A program made the translations under genes and the position numbers. Positions 9,064-19,206 of a DNA stretch of 64,000 bases are shown here, piece after piece. Source of the stretch: Clostridia bacterium (GTDB lineage: Bacteria; Bacillota; Clostridia; Christensenellales; Aristaeellaceae); NCBI GenBank assembly GCA_017512805.1, contig JAFWES010000049.1:795-64794 (forward strand), given 5' to 3'. The notes beneath the pieces are model-generated. The model did not search any database, was not told the origin of the DNA, and worked only from the letters and a program-made list of their open reading frames with translations. Position 1 is the stretch's first letter. Each line of letters begins with the position of its first letter.

Positions 9064-10446
9064 TTATTTGCCGACGCAGAACTGGCTGAACACCGCGTCC
9101 AGCAGCTTTTCATCCACCTGATCCCCGGTCAGTTCCCCCAGGGCGCTCTGGGCCGCCTGCAAATCCGTGGCCGCCAGGTCCGGGGAAAAGGTTTTGACCG
9201 TCTCCAGCGCCTCTTCCAGGTAAAAGACCGCCCGCCGCAGCGCGTCCAGATGCCGGGGCTGGGTCACGGCCATCCGGTCCGACAGCGCGGTGAAGCGCTT
9301 CAGATACTCCTTGACCGGTTTCAGGCTTTCCGGATCCCGCGCGGAACAGAATATGACCTCCCTTTCCCCGCAAAGGGTTCGAATCTCTTTTTCCTCCACG
9401 CCCCGGCTCAGATCATTTTTATTCACCAGGACGGCTCCGCCCGGCGGCATCCCGGAAATCAGATCCCGGTCCTCCGCCGTCAGGCTCTCGGAGCCGTCCA
9501 CCACCAGCAGAAAAACATCCGCCTCCGCCATGGCTTTTCGGGTCCGTTCCACGCCGATGCGCTCCACCGCGTCCTCGGTTTCCCGGACGCCCGCCGTATC
9601 CGTCAGCAGAACCCGGATTCCCTCCAGGGTCATTTCCCCGGAAACCAGGTCCCGGGTGGTGCCCGGTATGTCGGTGACGATGGCCTTTTCCTCCCCCAAA
9701 AGCGCGTTCAGGAGGCTGCTTTTCCCCACGTTGGGCCGCCCCGCCAGGGTGACCCGGAGCCCCTCCTGCAGGAGGCGGCTGGACCGTTCCTGAATCCCCG
9801 ACCGCAGCCGGGCGATCAGCTTTTCGATCCGGGGAACCATGTCCGCGGCGCCCTCCTCCTCGGAGATCTCCTCCGGATAGTCCACGCAGGCCGCCAGCCC
9901 CGCCTGGATGCGGTAGAGTTCATCCGCCGCTTCCCGGACAAAAGCGGTGACGCCCCCCTGCAGCTGCCGCACGGCCGCCCGGTGCTGCTGCTCCCCCCGG
10001 GCAGCAATCATGCTCATGACCGCCTCCGCCCGGGTCAGATCGATCCGCCCCGCCAGAAAAGCCCGCCGGGTGAATTCCCCCGGCTCCGCCATCCTCGCCC
10101 CCGTCCCGAGGCAAAGGCTCAACGCCTTTTGCAGGATCCAGGGCCCGCCGTGAAGCTGAATCTCCGCCACGTCCTCCCGGGTATAACTCCGTGGGCCCTT
10201 CATGAACACGGCCATCCCTTCGTCCAGCGTCTCCGTCCCCGAGGTCAGAAAGCCGTAATACATCCGGTGGCTTTCCCAGGGGAGGTCCGGTTGGATGCCG
10301 GCCCGGCGGAACACCGCCTGCAAAATGGGTCCCGATGCCGGTCCGCTGACGCGGATAATCCCGATGCCCCCCGCGCCCGGGGGCGTGGCGATGGCGGCAA
10401 TGGTGTCCTCCGCCGGCCCTTCGTCCCGCCGATTTTTTTCGTTCAT
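9064..10446 (-). CDS. mnmE: tRNA modification GTPase MnmE (TrmE)
   Basis: DTIAAIAT, SYTREDV, GRPNVGKS, DIPGTTRD, DTAG, NKND, C-terminal FCVGK. Confidence 0.97.
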   Translation of the reverse strand: MNEKNRRDEGPAEDTIAAIATPPGAGGIGIIRVSGPASGPILQAVFRRAGIQPDLPWESHRMYYGFLTSGTETLDEGMAVFMKGPRSYTREDVAEIQLHGGPWILQKALSLCLGTGARMAEPGEFTRRAFLAGRIDLTRAEAVMSMIAARGEQQHRAAVRQLQGGVTAFVREAADELYRIQAGLAACVDYPEEISEEEGAADMVPRIEKLIARLRSGIQERSSRLLQEGLRVTLAGRPNVGKSSLLNALLGEEKAIVTDIPGTTRDLVSGEMTLEGIRVLLTDTAGVRETEDAVERIGVERTRKAMAEADVFLLVVDGSESLTAEDRDLISGMPPGGAVLVNKNDLSRGVEEKEIRTLCGEREVIFCSARDPESLKPVKEYLKRFTALSDRMAVTQPRHLDALRRAVFYLEEALETVKTFSPDLAATDLQAAQSALGELTGDQVDEKLLDAVFSQFCVGK

Positions 10447-10450
10447 GCGA

Positions 10451-11089
10451 TTACCCCATGGCATGCAGCCGGGCCATCATCGCGGCCGGATCCTCCGACC
10501 GGTACAGGCCGGTCCCCATAACCGCCACCGACAGCCCCGCGTCAATGAGATCCTGCAGATTGTCCTCCCGGATCCCGCCGTCCGCCTCGATTTCTCCCCG
10601 GTAGCCCATCTCCCGCAGCGTGGAGATTTTCCGCAGCATGGACCGGTTCAGGGGCTGCCCGCCGAATCCCGGTTCTACGGTCATGACCAGGAGAAGATCC
10701 GTCTCCGGAATCAGGCGTTCCGCCGTCCAGATGCCGGTGCCCGGCTTCAGCGCCAGCCCGGCCATTCCGCCCCGGCGGCGGATTTCCCGCAGCATGGCGG
10801 AAAGATCCCCCTCGATCTCCGCGTGGATGGTCAGGCAGTCCGCCCCCGCGTCAAGGAAAAGGTCCAGATACTTCTCCGGATTGTCCATCATCAGGTGTAC
10901 ATCCAGCGGAACCGTGGAAACTTCCTTCAGCCGCCGGACCGTATCCGGGGAAAAGGCCATATTGGGAACGAAATGGGCATCCATCACGTCCACGTGTAGC
11001 CAGTCGCATCCCGCTTCCATCATGCGGCGGGTTTCCCGCTCCAGATTCAGGGGATCTGCTGCCAGAATGCTGGGGGCAATCTTGATCAT
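10451..11089 (-). CDS. rpe: Ribulose-phosphate 3-epimerase
   Basis: IAPSILAAD, LHVDVMDAHFVPN, DVHLM, MTVEPGFGGQ, DGG. Confidence 0.96.
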   Translation of the reverse strand: MIKIAPSILAADPLNLERETRRMMEAGCDWLHVDVMDAHFVPNMAFSPDTVRRLKEVSTVPLDVHLMMDNPEKYLDLFLDAGADCLTIHAEIEGDLSAMLREIRRRGGMAGLALKPGTGIWTAERLIPETDLLLVMTVEPGFGGQPLNRSMLRKISTLREMGYRGEIEADGGIREDNLQDLIDAGLSVAVMGTGLYRSEDPAAMMARLHAMG

Positions 11090-11195
11090 CTTTCTGTTCC
11101 TCCACGCCCGTCGGTTTGTTCTCGCCGGTTCAGTCGTTCTGCCTGTCCGGGCCCAATCACCCGGCCCGTTCCGTCAACAGGGGAGGCGGCCTCCC

Positions 11196-12089
11196 TTATC
11201 CGAACCTGTTTTTCCAGTTCTCCCGGGTTTCCGCCAGAAGCATCCGGTACCGCTGCCATCTGGCGGGGGAAATCTCGCCCCGTTTCGCGGCTTCCGCCAC
11301 GGCGCACCCCGGTTCGCTGTCGTGCAGGCATTCGTTGAAACGGCATTTCCCTTCATAGGGAAGGAACTCCGTATACCGCTCCCGCAGCGTCTCCGGCGGC
11401 AGATTCCGCTCCGCTTCCAGCAGAGAGAACCCCGCCGTATCCATCACCCTCAGGCCTTCCTTTTCCAGCAGCACCGCCGTGCGGGTGGTGTTTTTTCCCC
11501 GCGCGATCTTTCGGGAAAGATCTCCGGTTTCCCGATCCGTATGCATCAGGGCGTTGATGGTGGTGCTTTTCCCCGCCCCGCTCTGACCGGAAAAGCAGCA
11601 AAGGCTGCCTCCCATGGCCTCCCGCAGGGCGGGAAGCCCCGCTCCGGTCAGGGCGCAAACGGGGAAGACCGGGATCCCGGCCCCCGCGTACTCTTCCCGC
11701 AGCCCGGCGGCCAGACGGTCATCCAGGTCGCTTTTATTCACCGCGATGAGCACCCGCATTCCCTGCGCCACGGCCCTGGCAATCTGCCGGTCCGCCAGCA
11801 TCAGATCCGGTTCCGGCTCCGGGGCCAGCACGATGATCAGGGTCTCCACGTTGGCCACCGGCGGCCGCAGGCAAAGGGTTTTCCGGGGCAGAATCTCCTC
11901 CAGCCATCCGTGCTCGCTCCCCTCCACCGGAGGCGAAAACAGAACCTCATCCCCCGGAAGGGGCGACAAGCGCGTCCTGCGCACCTTCTTCTGCGCCCGA
12001 AGGATGTATTCCTCCCCTTCCGCTGTTCGGACGGTATAAAAGCTGCCGATTCCCTGAACCACTGTTCCCCGCAGGGATTTTGTCGCCAT
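11196..12089 (-). CDS. rsgA: Ribosome small subunit-dependent GTPase RsgA (CpgA)
   Basis: Circularly permuted NKSD...GQSGAGKST...GKNTTR...DTAGF and zinc finger CRFNECLHDSEPGC. Confidence 0.95.
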   Translation of the reverse strand: MATKSLRGTVVQGIGSFYTVRTAEGEEYILRAQKKVRRTRLSPLPGDEVLFSPPVEGSEHGWLEEILPRKTLCLRPPVANVETLIIVLAPEPEPDLMLADRQIARAVAQGMRVLIAVNKSDLDDRLAAGLREEYAGAGIPVFPVCALTGAGLPALREAMGGSLCCFSGQSGAGKSTTINALMHTDRETGDLSRKIARGKNTTRTAVLLEKEGLRVMDTAGFSLLEAERNLPPETLRERYTEFLPYEGKCRFNECLHDSEPGCAVAEAAKRGEISPARWQRYRMLLAETRENWKNRFG

Positions 12090-12094
12090 CTTGT

Positions 12095-13984
12095 TCACTC
12101 CGCCCCAAGGTCTTCTTTCATAAACGGGTTGCCATCCACATAAATCTGACACATATAGTCCCGGTCGTCAGGCAATTCCACGGTCACCACCTGGGTTCTT
12201 CCCATGGCCGGGGTGCAGACATAGGTCACATACACCCATTCCGTCGATGATCCTTCCGCCTGCAGCGTCATTCTGACGGTTACATCCTGATCACTCTCCG
12301 GAACGGTCACCTCGACGGTTCTCCTTTTGGCGACGGTTTCATTCCGGTACAGGCTCAGGCTGACAGGCGCCTGCAGCAGCACCCGGCTTTCCGACGCGGG
12401 GCTCTGTTCCCCGACCAGCCCGTGCAGGCTGGCCTGATCCGTGTCCACATAATTCAGCGTCGCCGACAGGCTCAGCTGGCTGTCGGCCACCTTCTCCTCC
12501 GCCTCCCGCAGCGTCATTCCGGTAAAGTCCGGCACCACCACTTCTCCGCCGCACACCGTCAGAACCACGTCCGTATCCTTGTCCACGCTGGTTCCCGCTT
12601 CCGGCGCGCAGGCCATGACCGTATCCGCCGCGTACTGGGAGGATACCGCCCGCTCCACGGTGATGCTGGTAATTCCCATGGATTTCAGAAGTCCCATGGC
12701 ATCGGAGACCGTATTGCCCGCCAGAGAAGGCATCTCCAGCTTCCGGGCTCCGGAGGACACCAGCAGCTGCACCGGATCCCTGCCCTTCTGCACGGTTTCC
12801 CCCGCTTCCGGCACCTGCATGATGACCGTGCCGGCCGGATACTCATCACTGGACACCTCCTTCACCACGGTTTCCAGCCCGCTTTCCGCCATTTTCTGAA
12901 CGGCGGAAGCCAGCTCCACCCCCACCGCGTCCGGTGTCACCGTGGTGGTGCTGTAATGCCGGATCAGCGCCCGGGTTCCATAATACAGCCCGACGATCAC
13001 GCCGATGGTGGCCAGGACGCTCAGCGCCGTCCAAACCCGTTTCAGCCTTCTGTTTCGCGCCTCGATGGCCCGCTGCCGGCCGCTTTCGGTCATTCCCTTC
13101 GCGTCCCGCACATGGGGCGTCGGCGGCACCACCTGCGAAAGATCCGCTTCCGGGCGCCGTTCATTCGGGTCGTCCAGCACCATCCGCAAATCCGCCGCCA
13201 TGTCCCGCGCCGACTGATACCGCATCGCGGGATTCTTGTTCATGGCCTTCATGCAGATCGCGATCACCGCCGGAGGTACATCCGGAGCCAGGTTCTGGAT
13301 GGGAATCGGCACCGTATGCAGATGCTGCATCGCCACCGCCACCGGGTTTTCCCCGTCGTACGGAACCCGCCCGGTCAGCATCTCGTACAGCACCACGCCC
13401 GTGGAATAAATGTCGCTGACGGGGCTGGCTCCGTCTCCCCTGGCCTGTTCCGGAGAGAAGTAATGCACCGACCCCATGACCATGTCTCCCCTGGTCAGGG
13501 TGGCATGATCCGCGATCCGGGCAATGCCGAAATCCGCCACTTTAATATGGCCGTCGGCGTGCACCAGGATGTTCTGGGGCTTGATATCCCGGTGGACAAT
13601 CCCCTTGCTGTGGGCATGCTCCAGGGCGGACAGGATCCGGATGGTAATCTGGCAGGCCAGGGGTGCGTTGAGCCGTCCCCGTTCCTGAATCACTTCCTTC
13701 AGCGTCTTTCCCTGGACGTATTCCATCACCAGGTACCGGTTTTCCCCGTCCATCCCCACGTCCAGCAGATTGACGATATTATGATGGGTCATCTTGCTGG
13801 CCGCGTCCGCTTCCCGCTGGAACCGGGAAACGAACTCCAGGTCCTCGTTGAATTCGGGGCGCAGTACCTTTACCGCTACATTGTGTCCGGTGCGCAGGTC
13901 AATGGCCTTATACACGATGGCCATGCCTCCCGTACCGATCTGTTCCGTCAGCCGGTAGCGGTCGGCGAGAATTTTCTCCGTCAT
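12095..13984 (-). CDS. pknB: Stk1/PrkC/PknB PASTA-domain Ser/Thr kinase
   Basis: IGTGGMA, VAVK, HRDIKPQN, DFG, TM segment, PASTA repeats. Confidence 0.95.
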   Translation of the reverse strand: MTEKILADRYRLTEQIGTGGMAIVYKAIDLRTGHNVAVKVLRPEFNEDLEFVSRFQREADAASKMTHHNIVNLLDVGMDGENRYLVMEYVQGKTLKEVIQERGRLNAPLACQITIRILSALEHAHSKGIVHRDIKPQNILVHADGHIKVADFGIARIADHATLTRGDMVMGSVHYFSPEQARGDGASPVSDIYSTGVVLYEMLTGRVPYDGENPVAVAMQHLHTVPIPIQNLAPDVPPAVIAICMKAMNKNPAMRYQSARDMAADLRMVLDDPNERRPEADLSQVVPPTPHVRDAKGMTESGRQRAIEARNRRLKRVWTALSVLATIGVIVGLYYGTRALIRHYSTTTVTPDAVGVELASAVQKMAESGLETVVKEVSSDEYPAGTVIMQVPEAGETVQKGRDPVQLLVSSGARKLEMPSLAGNTVSDAMGLLKSMGITSITVERAVSSQYAADTVMACAPEAGTSVDKDTDVVLTVCGGEVVVPDFTGMTLREAEEKVADSQLSLSATLNYVDTDQASLHGLVGEQSPASESRVLLQAPVSLSLYRNETVAKRRTVEVTVPESDQDVTVRMTLQAEGSSTEWVYVTYVCTPAMGRTQVVTVELPDDRDYMCQIYVDGNPFMKEDLGAE

Positions 13985-14838
13985 TCCGCCACCTCTTCCG
14001 CTGACGCTGTGCCGTCCTCCGCCAGCACCAGGGACACGTTGTCCCGTCCGCCCTGATCCAGGGCCTCCCGGATCATCTGATCCGCCGCTTCCTCCATGTC
14101 ATCCATGGTCATCAGTTCCCGCAGACGTTCCTTTCCCACCATCCCGTGAAGCCCGTCAGAACAGACCAGCCACCGGTCTCCCGTCCGCCGGGGCACGGAA
14201 TACACGTCCGCCTGAATGGTGGGTTCGGTTCCCACCGCCCGGGTAATATAGTTGCGCATGGGATGGGTTGCGGCCTGTTCTTCGCTTAACAGCCCCCTCC
14301 GCACCATGTCCGCGACCATGGAATGGTCCTCGGTCACCTGGCGCATTTCTCCGTCCCGCAGCAAATAGGCGCGGCTGTCCCCTACGTGGCCGATCAGCAT
14401 CTGCTTTTCGCCGGGCCAGAGAACGGTCAGGGTGGTCCCCATGCCGGAAAGGCTCTCGTCCTCCAGCTGCTGGTTCCACAGCGCCAGATTCACTTCGCTG
14501 ATGGCGTCCCGCAGGGTTTCCTCCGCCGGCTCCTTCTCCTTCAGGATCCGCAGCAGCCCGTCCCGGGTCCCCATGGAGGCCGTCTCTCCCCCCAGGTGTC
14601 CGCCCATGCCGTCCGCCACGCCCATGAGGGTCTCGCCCAGAATCACCGCGTCCTGGTTCATCCGCCGGACCAGGCCGATGTCCGTCCGGGAGGTCACCTT
14701 GAAGGCGCGCTTTTCCGGCGCGGGAGAATCCCCCTCCGGCGCGGCGGCGCGTTCCTCCTGCTGCGCAGGCTGAACAGGTTCGTTATCCAGGCCCCGGAAT
14801 TTCCGGGCGATTCGGTCGCTGATGATAAATTTGCGCAT
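13981..14838 (-). CDS. stp1: Stp1/PrpC PP2C Ser/Thr phosphatase
   Basis: VADGMGGH, GMGTT, HVGDSRAY, CSDGL, GGRDN; paired with the kinase. Confidence 0.93.
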   Translation of the reverse strand: MRKFIISDRIARKFRGLDNEPVQPAQQEERAAAPEGDSPAPEKRAFKVTSRTDIGLVRRMNQDAVILGETLMGVADGMGGHLGGETASMGTRDGLLRILKEKEPAEETLRDAISEVNLALWNQQLEDESLSGMGTTLTVLWPGEKQMLIGHVGDSRAYLLRDGEMRQVTEDHSMVADMVRRGLLSEEQAATHPMRNYITRAVGTEPTIQADVYSVPRRTGDRWLVCSDGLHGMVGKERLRELMTMDDMEEAADQMIREALDQGGRDNVSLVLAEDGTASAEEVAE

Positions 14839-14859
14839 ATTCTTCCTCAAATCCTGTCT

Positions 14860-15969
14860 TTATTCCGGGTTTTCCGCTCCGGGGAGGCTTCCCTCCCGCA
14901 GGGTCTTCCGTCGCAGCTGCCCGCAGGCTCCCTCTATGTCGTCCCCCATCTCCCGCCTGCGGGTGGCGGAGATTCCCTCCGCTTGCAGCGTCTCCAGGAA
15001 CCGGCGCACCGTATCCTCCCGCACGCCCTTCAGGTTCCGTTCCTTCACCGTATTCAGGGGAATCAGGTTCACATGGCACTGCAGTCCCCTCAGCCTTCCC
15101 GCCAGCTCCCTGGCCTGGTCCGGACTGCTGTTGACCCCGTCCACCAGGGCATATTCGAAAATCACCCGCCGGCCGGTTTTCTTCACATAGTACCGGCAGG
15201 CGTCCAGCACCTCCTCCATCGCGTACCGGTTGGCGATGGGCATGGTGCGTTTCCGGATCCCGTCATTGGGGGCATGAAGGGATACGCAAAGGGTGACCGG
15301 CAGATCCTCCTCCGCCAGCTGCCGCATCTTCGGCACCAGCCCGCAGGTGGACAAACTGACGTTCCGCAGGCTCAGCCGGATCCCGTTTTCTTCCCGCAGC
15401 AGCCGGAGAAACCGGATCACATTCTCATAGTTGTCAAGGGGTTCTCCGCTGCCCATCAGCACCACGTGGGAAACGGACTCTTCCGCCCCGCTTTCCTTCA
15501 GATACCGGTTGGCCGCCAGAATCTCGCCCAGCATTTCCCCGGCGGACAGATCCCGCAGGCACCCGTCCAGCGTACTGGCGCAAAACTTGCACCCCATTCG
15601 GCAGCCCACCTGGGTGGAAATACAGAGGGAGAACCCGTAGTGGTACTTCATCAGCACCCCTTCCACGCAGTTTCCGTCCGTCAGCGCGTACAGGAACTTG
15701 ACCGTCCCGTCCAGCCGGCTCACCCTCCGCAGGGCGATCTGTACAGGCTGGGCCACGGCCTCCCGGGAAAGGGTCTCCCGCATCTCCCGGGGAAGGTTGG
15801 TCATCTCCGGAAAGTCCGCTCCCCGGTGAATCCATTGAAAAATCTGCTTTCCCCGAAAAGCGGGCAGTCCGCGTTCCTTCCCCCAGGCCGCCAGTTCCGT
15901 TTCGGTCATCCCGGTCAGCTCCGCCCGGTCTTTCCCGGGGAACCCGTTTTCGTTCAATGCTTCGCTCAA
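14860..15969 (-). CDS. rlmN: 23S rRNA m2A2503 radical-SAM methyltransferase RlmN
   Basis: CISTQVGCRMGCKFC, MGSGEPL, SLHAP, GACGQL. Confidence 0.96.
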   Translation of the reverse strand: MSEALNENGFPGKDRAELTGMTETELAAWGKERGLPAFRGKQIFQWIHRGADFPEMTNLPREMRETLSREAVAQPVQIALRRVSRLDGTVKFLYALTDGNCVEGVLMKYHYGFSLCISTQVGCRMGCKFCASTLDGCLRDLSAGEMLGEILAANRYLKESGAEESVSHVVLMGSGEPLDNYENVIRFLRLLREENGIRLSLRNVSLSTCGLVPKMRQLAEEDLPVTLCVSLHAPNDGIRKRTMPIANRYAMEEVLDACRYYVKKTGRRVIFEYALVDGVNSSPDQARELAGRLRGLQCHVNLIPLNTVKERNLKGVREDTVRRFLETLQAEGISATRRREMGDDIEGACGQLRRKTLREGSLPGAENPE

Positions 15970-17738
15970 AATGCCGCCTTTCTCACCATCCGGCAGATGT
16001 AAAAGCCTTCCACCCCGTCCCGATGCGGGAACAGCTGCAGCCCCAGGCCCTCCTGCCTGCGGAAGGCTTCCGGAACGGCCTCCGGCAAGGGCTCCGCCTC
16101 AAATTCGGGATGCCGGTCCAGAAAGCTCCTGACCTGCGTCTCGTTTTCTCCCTTCAAGACGCTGCAGGTGGAGTACACCAGCACTCCGCCCGGCCGCACA
16201 TACTGGCACACCGTATCCAGCAGCTTCTCCTGCAAAGCCATCAGCTCCGCCACGCCGTTTTCTGTCACCCGCAGCTTGATATCCGGCTTCTCGGCGATCA
16301 CCCCCAGCCCGGAGCAGGGGGCGTCCAGCAGCACCGCGTCCATCCGTTCCCGGAGGTCTTCTTTATATTTGGCCGCGTCCCGCACGATGGGCCTGATGTT
16401 TTCCAGCTTCAGCCGTTTCTGCTGGGCGGAGATCAGCGCCACCCGGTGATCATGGATGTCCCAGGCCTGGATCCGGCCCGTATCGCCCATGAGCTCCGAC
16501 AGATAGCAGGTTTTCCCTCCGGGAGCGGCGCAGCAGTCCAGCACCTGCATCCCGCGCCGGACCCCCATGGCCAGGCATGCCGCCATGCTGGGCTCGCTCT
16601 GAATGGAGAACGCTCCGTCCAGGAAGTCCGCGTCCCGGGCGATATCCATGGCCCCAACGATCTTCCAGCTGTCCGGCAGAATCCCTTTGGTCTTTCCCCA
16701 GATCTTCTTTTCCAGGATCTTTTCAAACCCGGTCTCGTCGGTTCTGATCAGGTTCCGCCGAATCGTGATGGCCGATTCCTCCGTCCGCCAGGTGGCGATC
16801 TTTTCCGCCTCTTCCGCTCCCCAGTCCGCCTTCAGCCGGACGCCCAGCCATTCGGGCAGGCTGTTTTTGACGGCAAAATGCCGTTCCGGCTCCGTCTCCG
16901 GATCCGGCAGGCTCAGTTCGTCCTTTTTCCGGACCAGGTTGCGCAAAATTCCGTTGCAAACGCCCTTCAGGGCTTCCATGCCGTTTTCCGCGCACAGCTG
17001 CACGCAGGTGTTGGTGGCCGCGCTTTCGGGGATCCGATCCTCCAGCAGAATCTGGCACGCTCCCAGCCGCAGGATATTTCTCAGCTTGATGTCCGTATCC
17101 TCCCGGGCCATGACCTGCCCCAGCATGTGATCCAGGTAGATCATCCGGTCCAGGGTGTCATACACCAGTCTGGAAACCAGCCGCCGGTCCGCCCCGCTCA
17201 GGCCGCTGCCCTGCAGGATCCGATCCAGAACCAGGCTGGCATACGCCCCTTCTTCGGTCATCGCCCGGATCACTTTCAGCGCCGCCCGCCGGCTGGCCAG
17301 CCCTTCCATTTCCGCCGGGTTCGCCTTTTTAACCGGTTTGGCGGGAGACACCGGCCTGCCGGAGGGCTTTCCGGTTGCCGGTCTGCCGTATGCCGGTCTG
17401 CCTGATGGCTTTCCGCTTGCCGGCCTCCCGGAGGGTTTTCCATATGCCGGTTTGCCGGAAGGCTTTCCGGTTGCCGGTTTGCCGAATGGTTTTCCGCTTG
17501 CCGATCCGCCGGAAGACTGTCCGGTTGCCGGTTTGCCGGAAGGCTTTCCGGTTGCGGGTTTACCGAAGGACTTTCCGCCTGCCGATCTGCCGGAAGGCTT
17601 TCCGGTTGCCGGTTTGCTGTCGTCCGCCCTGCCAAAGCGTCGGCCTCCCGCCGGTTTGCCGCCTTCTGACCTGCCGAATGCCTTGCCCCCCGTGGGCTTT
17701 CCCGTCGATTGGGAATGATTGTTCTGTTTCTCGCTCAT
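15966..17738 (-). CDS. rsmB: 16S rRNA m5C967 methyltransferase RsmB with a long low-complexity N-terminal extension
   Basis: NusB-like domain, DCCAAPGGKT, DAPCSGLG, YSTCS; in the fmt-rsmB-rlmN cluster. Confidence 0.95.
   Translation of the reverse strand: MSEKQNNHSQSTGKPTGGKAFGRSEGGKPAGGRRFGRADDSKPATGKPSGRSAGGKSFGKPATGKPSGKPATGQSSGGSASGKPFGKPATGKPSGKPAYGKPSGRPASGKPSGRPAYGRPATGKPSGRPVSPAKPVKKANPAEMEGLASRRAALKVIRAMTEEGAYASLVLDRILQGSGLSGADRRLVSRLVYDTLDRMIYLDHMLGQVMAREDTDIKLRNILRLGACQILLEDRIPESAATNTCVQLCAENGMEALKGVCNGILRNLVRKKDELSLPDPETEPERHFAVKNSLPEWLGVRLKADWGAEEAEKIATWRTEESAITIRRNLIRTDETGFEKILEKKIWGKTKGILPDSWKIVGAMDIARDADFLDGAFSIQSEPSMAACLAMGVRRGMQVLDCCAAPGGKTCYLSELMGDTGRIQAWDIHDHRVALISAQQKRLKLENIRPIVRDAAKYKEDLRERMDAVLLDAPCSGLGVIAEKPDIKLRVTENGVAELMALQEKLLDTVCQYVRPGGVLVYSTCSVLKGENETQVRSFLDRHPEFEAEPLPEAVPEAFRRQEGLGLQLFPHRDGVEGFYICRMVRKAAF
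17355..17620. repeat. Degenerate ~27-bp coding tandem repeat (GKPSG[KR]PA[TYS]) in the rsmB 5' end
   Basis: Repeated gccggtttgccggaaggctttccggtt units; boundaries approximate. Confidence 0.8.
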
Positions 17739-17747
17739 GAGAACTCC

Positions 17748-18671
17748 TTATAAGATCGTCCCCGCGGGCATCCCGTGCCCCCGCAGATAATCTTCCGCTT
17801 TCATTTTCTTTCCGCCGGGCGCCTGCAGTTCCAGAATCCGGACCGCTCCCTCCCCGCAGGCGATGATCAGTCCGCCTTTCGGATCCCCGGAGATCACCTC
17901 TCCGGGCTGCCCTTCTCCGTCCGCCAGGCAGGCCCGCAGCAGCTTCAGCCTGCCCGCTTCGCCCAGGGGCACGGTGACGCAGGGCCAGGGGTTCAGCCCA
18001 TTGATCAGGCCCTTCACCTCTTTGGCCGGAAGGCGGAAGTCCGCTTCCCCCATTTCCTTGCTCAGCATGGGGTCGTAGGTCATCAGACGCTCATCCTGAG
18101 CCGTCGCCTTCAGGGTCCCGGCTTCCATCTGTTCCAGGGTTTCCGCCAGCAGATCCGCTCCCAGCAGGCTCAGCCGTTCCGTCAGCTCCCCGCAGGTTTC
18201 CGTGTCCCCGATTTCGGTCTCCGCCGTCAGGAGCATCGCCCCGGTGTCGATGCCTCTGTCCATCATCATCGTCGTGACCCCTGCCGTCTGATCCCCCTGC
18301 ATAATGGCGTACGCGATCGGCGCCGAACCCCTGTGCCGGGGAAGCAGCGAGGCATGGACATTGATATTCCCCATCCGGGGAATCTCCAGAATCTCCTGGC
18401 TCAGGATCTGTCCGAAGGCCGCCGTCACGCAAAGATCCGGGGCCAGCGTCTTCAGGTCCTCCACCCCGTCCCGCCGGATTTTTTCCGGCTGGAAAACGGG
18501 AATCCCGCGGCTGACGGCGAAGGCCTTCACCGGCGAAGGCGTCAGTTTATTCCCCCGCCCCCGCGGACGATCCGGCTGGGTAAAGACGCCCACCACGTCC
18601 CGGCCGGTGGAAATCAGCTTTTCCAGGGACGGGACCGCGAATTCCGGCGTCCCCATAAATACGATGCGCAT
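17748..18671 (-). CDS. fmt: Methionyl-tRNA formyltransferase
   Basis: MRIVFMGTPEFA, TQPDRPRGRG, INVHASLLP, DTG. Confidence 0.97.
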   Translation of the reverse strand: MRIVFMGTPEFAVPSLEKLISTGRDVVGVFTQPDRPRGRGNKLTPSPVKAFAVSRGIPVFQPEKIRRDGVEDLKTLAPDLCVTAAFGQILSQEILEIPRMGNINVHASLLPRHRGSAPIAYAIMQGDQTAGVTTMMMDRGIDTGAMLLTAETEIGDTETCGELTERLSLLGADLLAETLEQMEAGTLKATAQDERLMTYDPMLSKEMGEADFRLPAKEVKGLINGLNPWPCVTVPLGEAGRLKLLRACLADGEGQPGEVISGDPKGGLIIACGEGAVRILELQAPGGKKMKAEDYLRGHGMPAGTIL

Positions 18672-18694
18672 CTTCTTTCTTCCTTCCGGGCGGT

Positions 18695-19192
18695 TTATTC
18701 TCCGTCCTCCGGGATCTTCCCCCGGATTTCCTCCTCTGTCAGCTCCCGATCCATGATGTCCACATACAGCACCCCGTCCAGATGGTCAATCTCATGGCAG
18801 ACCGCCCGGGCTTCAAACCCCTCCGTCTCCAGGGTCCAGAACTTCCCGTGCCGGTCCTGAAAGCGAACCTTTATCTTTTCCGGACGGGTGACGACTCCCT
18901 GCCGTTCCGGGACCGACAGGCATCCTTCCCGTCCCGTCTGCGTGCCTCTTCTTTCCAGGATTTCCGGATTGACCATTTCCTTCAGGCCGGAATGGTCTTC
19001 CGTCACGTCCACCACCGCCACCCGGCGCAGGATCCCGACCTGAGGCGCTGCCAGACCCACTCCTTCCGCCTTGTACATGGTATCCGCCATGTCCTTCAGC
19101 AGGATGGCCAGCCGCAGGTCAAACTTTTCCTGCTTCCGGCACACCTTCCGCAGCGCTTCGTCTCCGATGGTTACGATTTTTCTGGTTGCCAT
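18695..19192 (-). CDS. def: Peptide deformylase
   Basis: GVGLAAPQVG, EGCLS, HEIDHLDG. Confidence 0.97.
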   Translation of the reverse strand: MATRKIVTIGDEALRKVCRKQEKFDLRLAILLKDMADTMYKAEGVGLAAPQVGILRRVAVVDVTEDHSGLKEMVNPEILERRGTQTGREGCLSVPERQGVVTRPEKIKVRFQDRHGKFWTLETEGFEARAVCHEIDHLDGVLYVDIMDRELTEEEIRGKIPEDGE

Positions 19193-19206
19193 TTAATACA
19201 TGCTCC

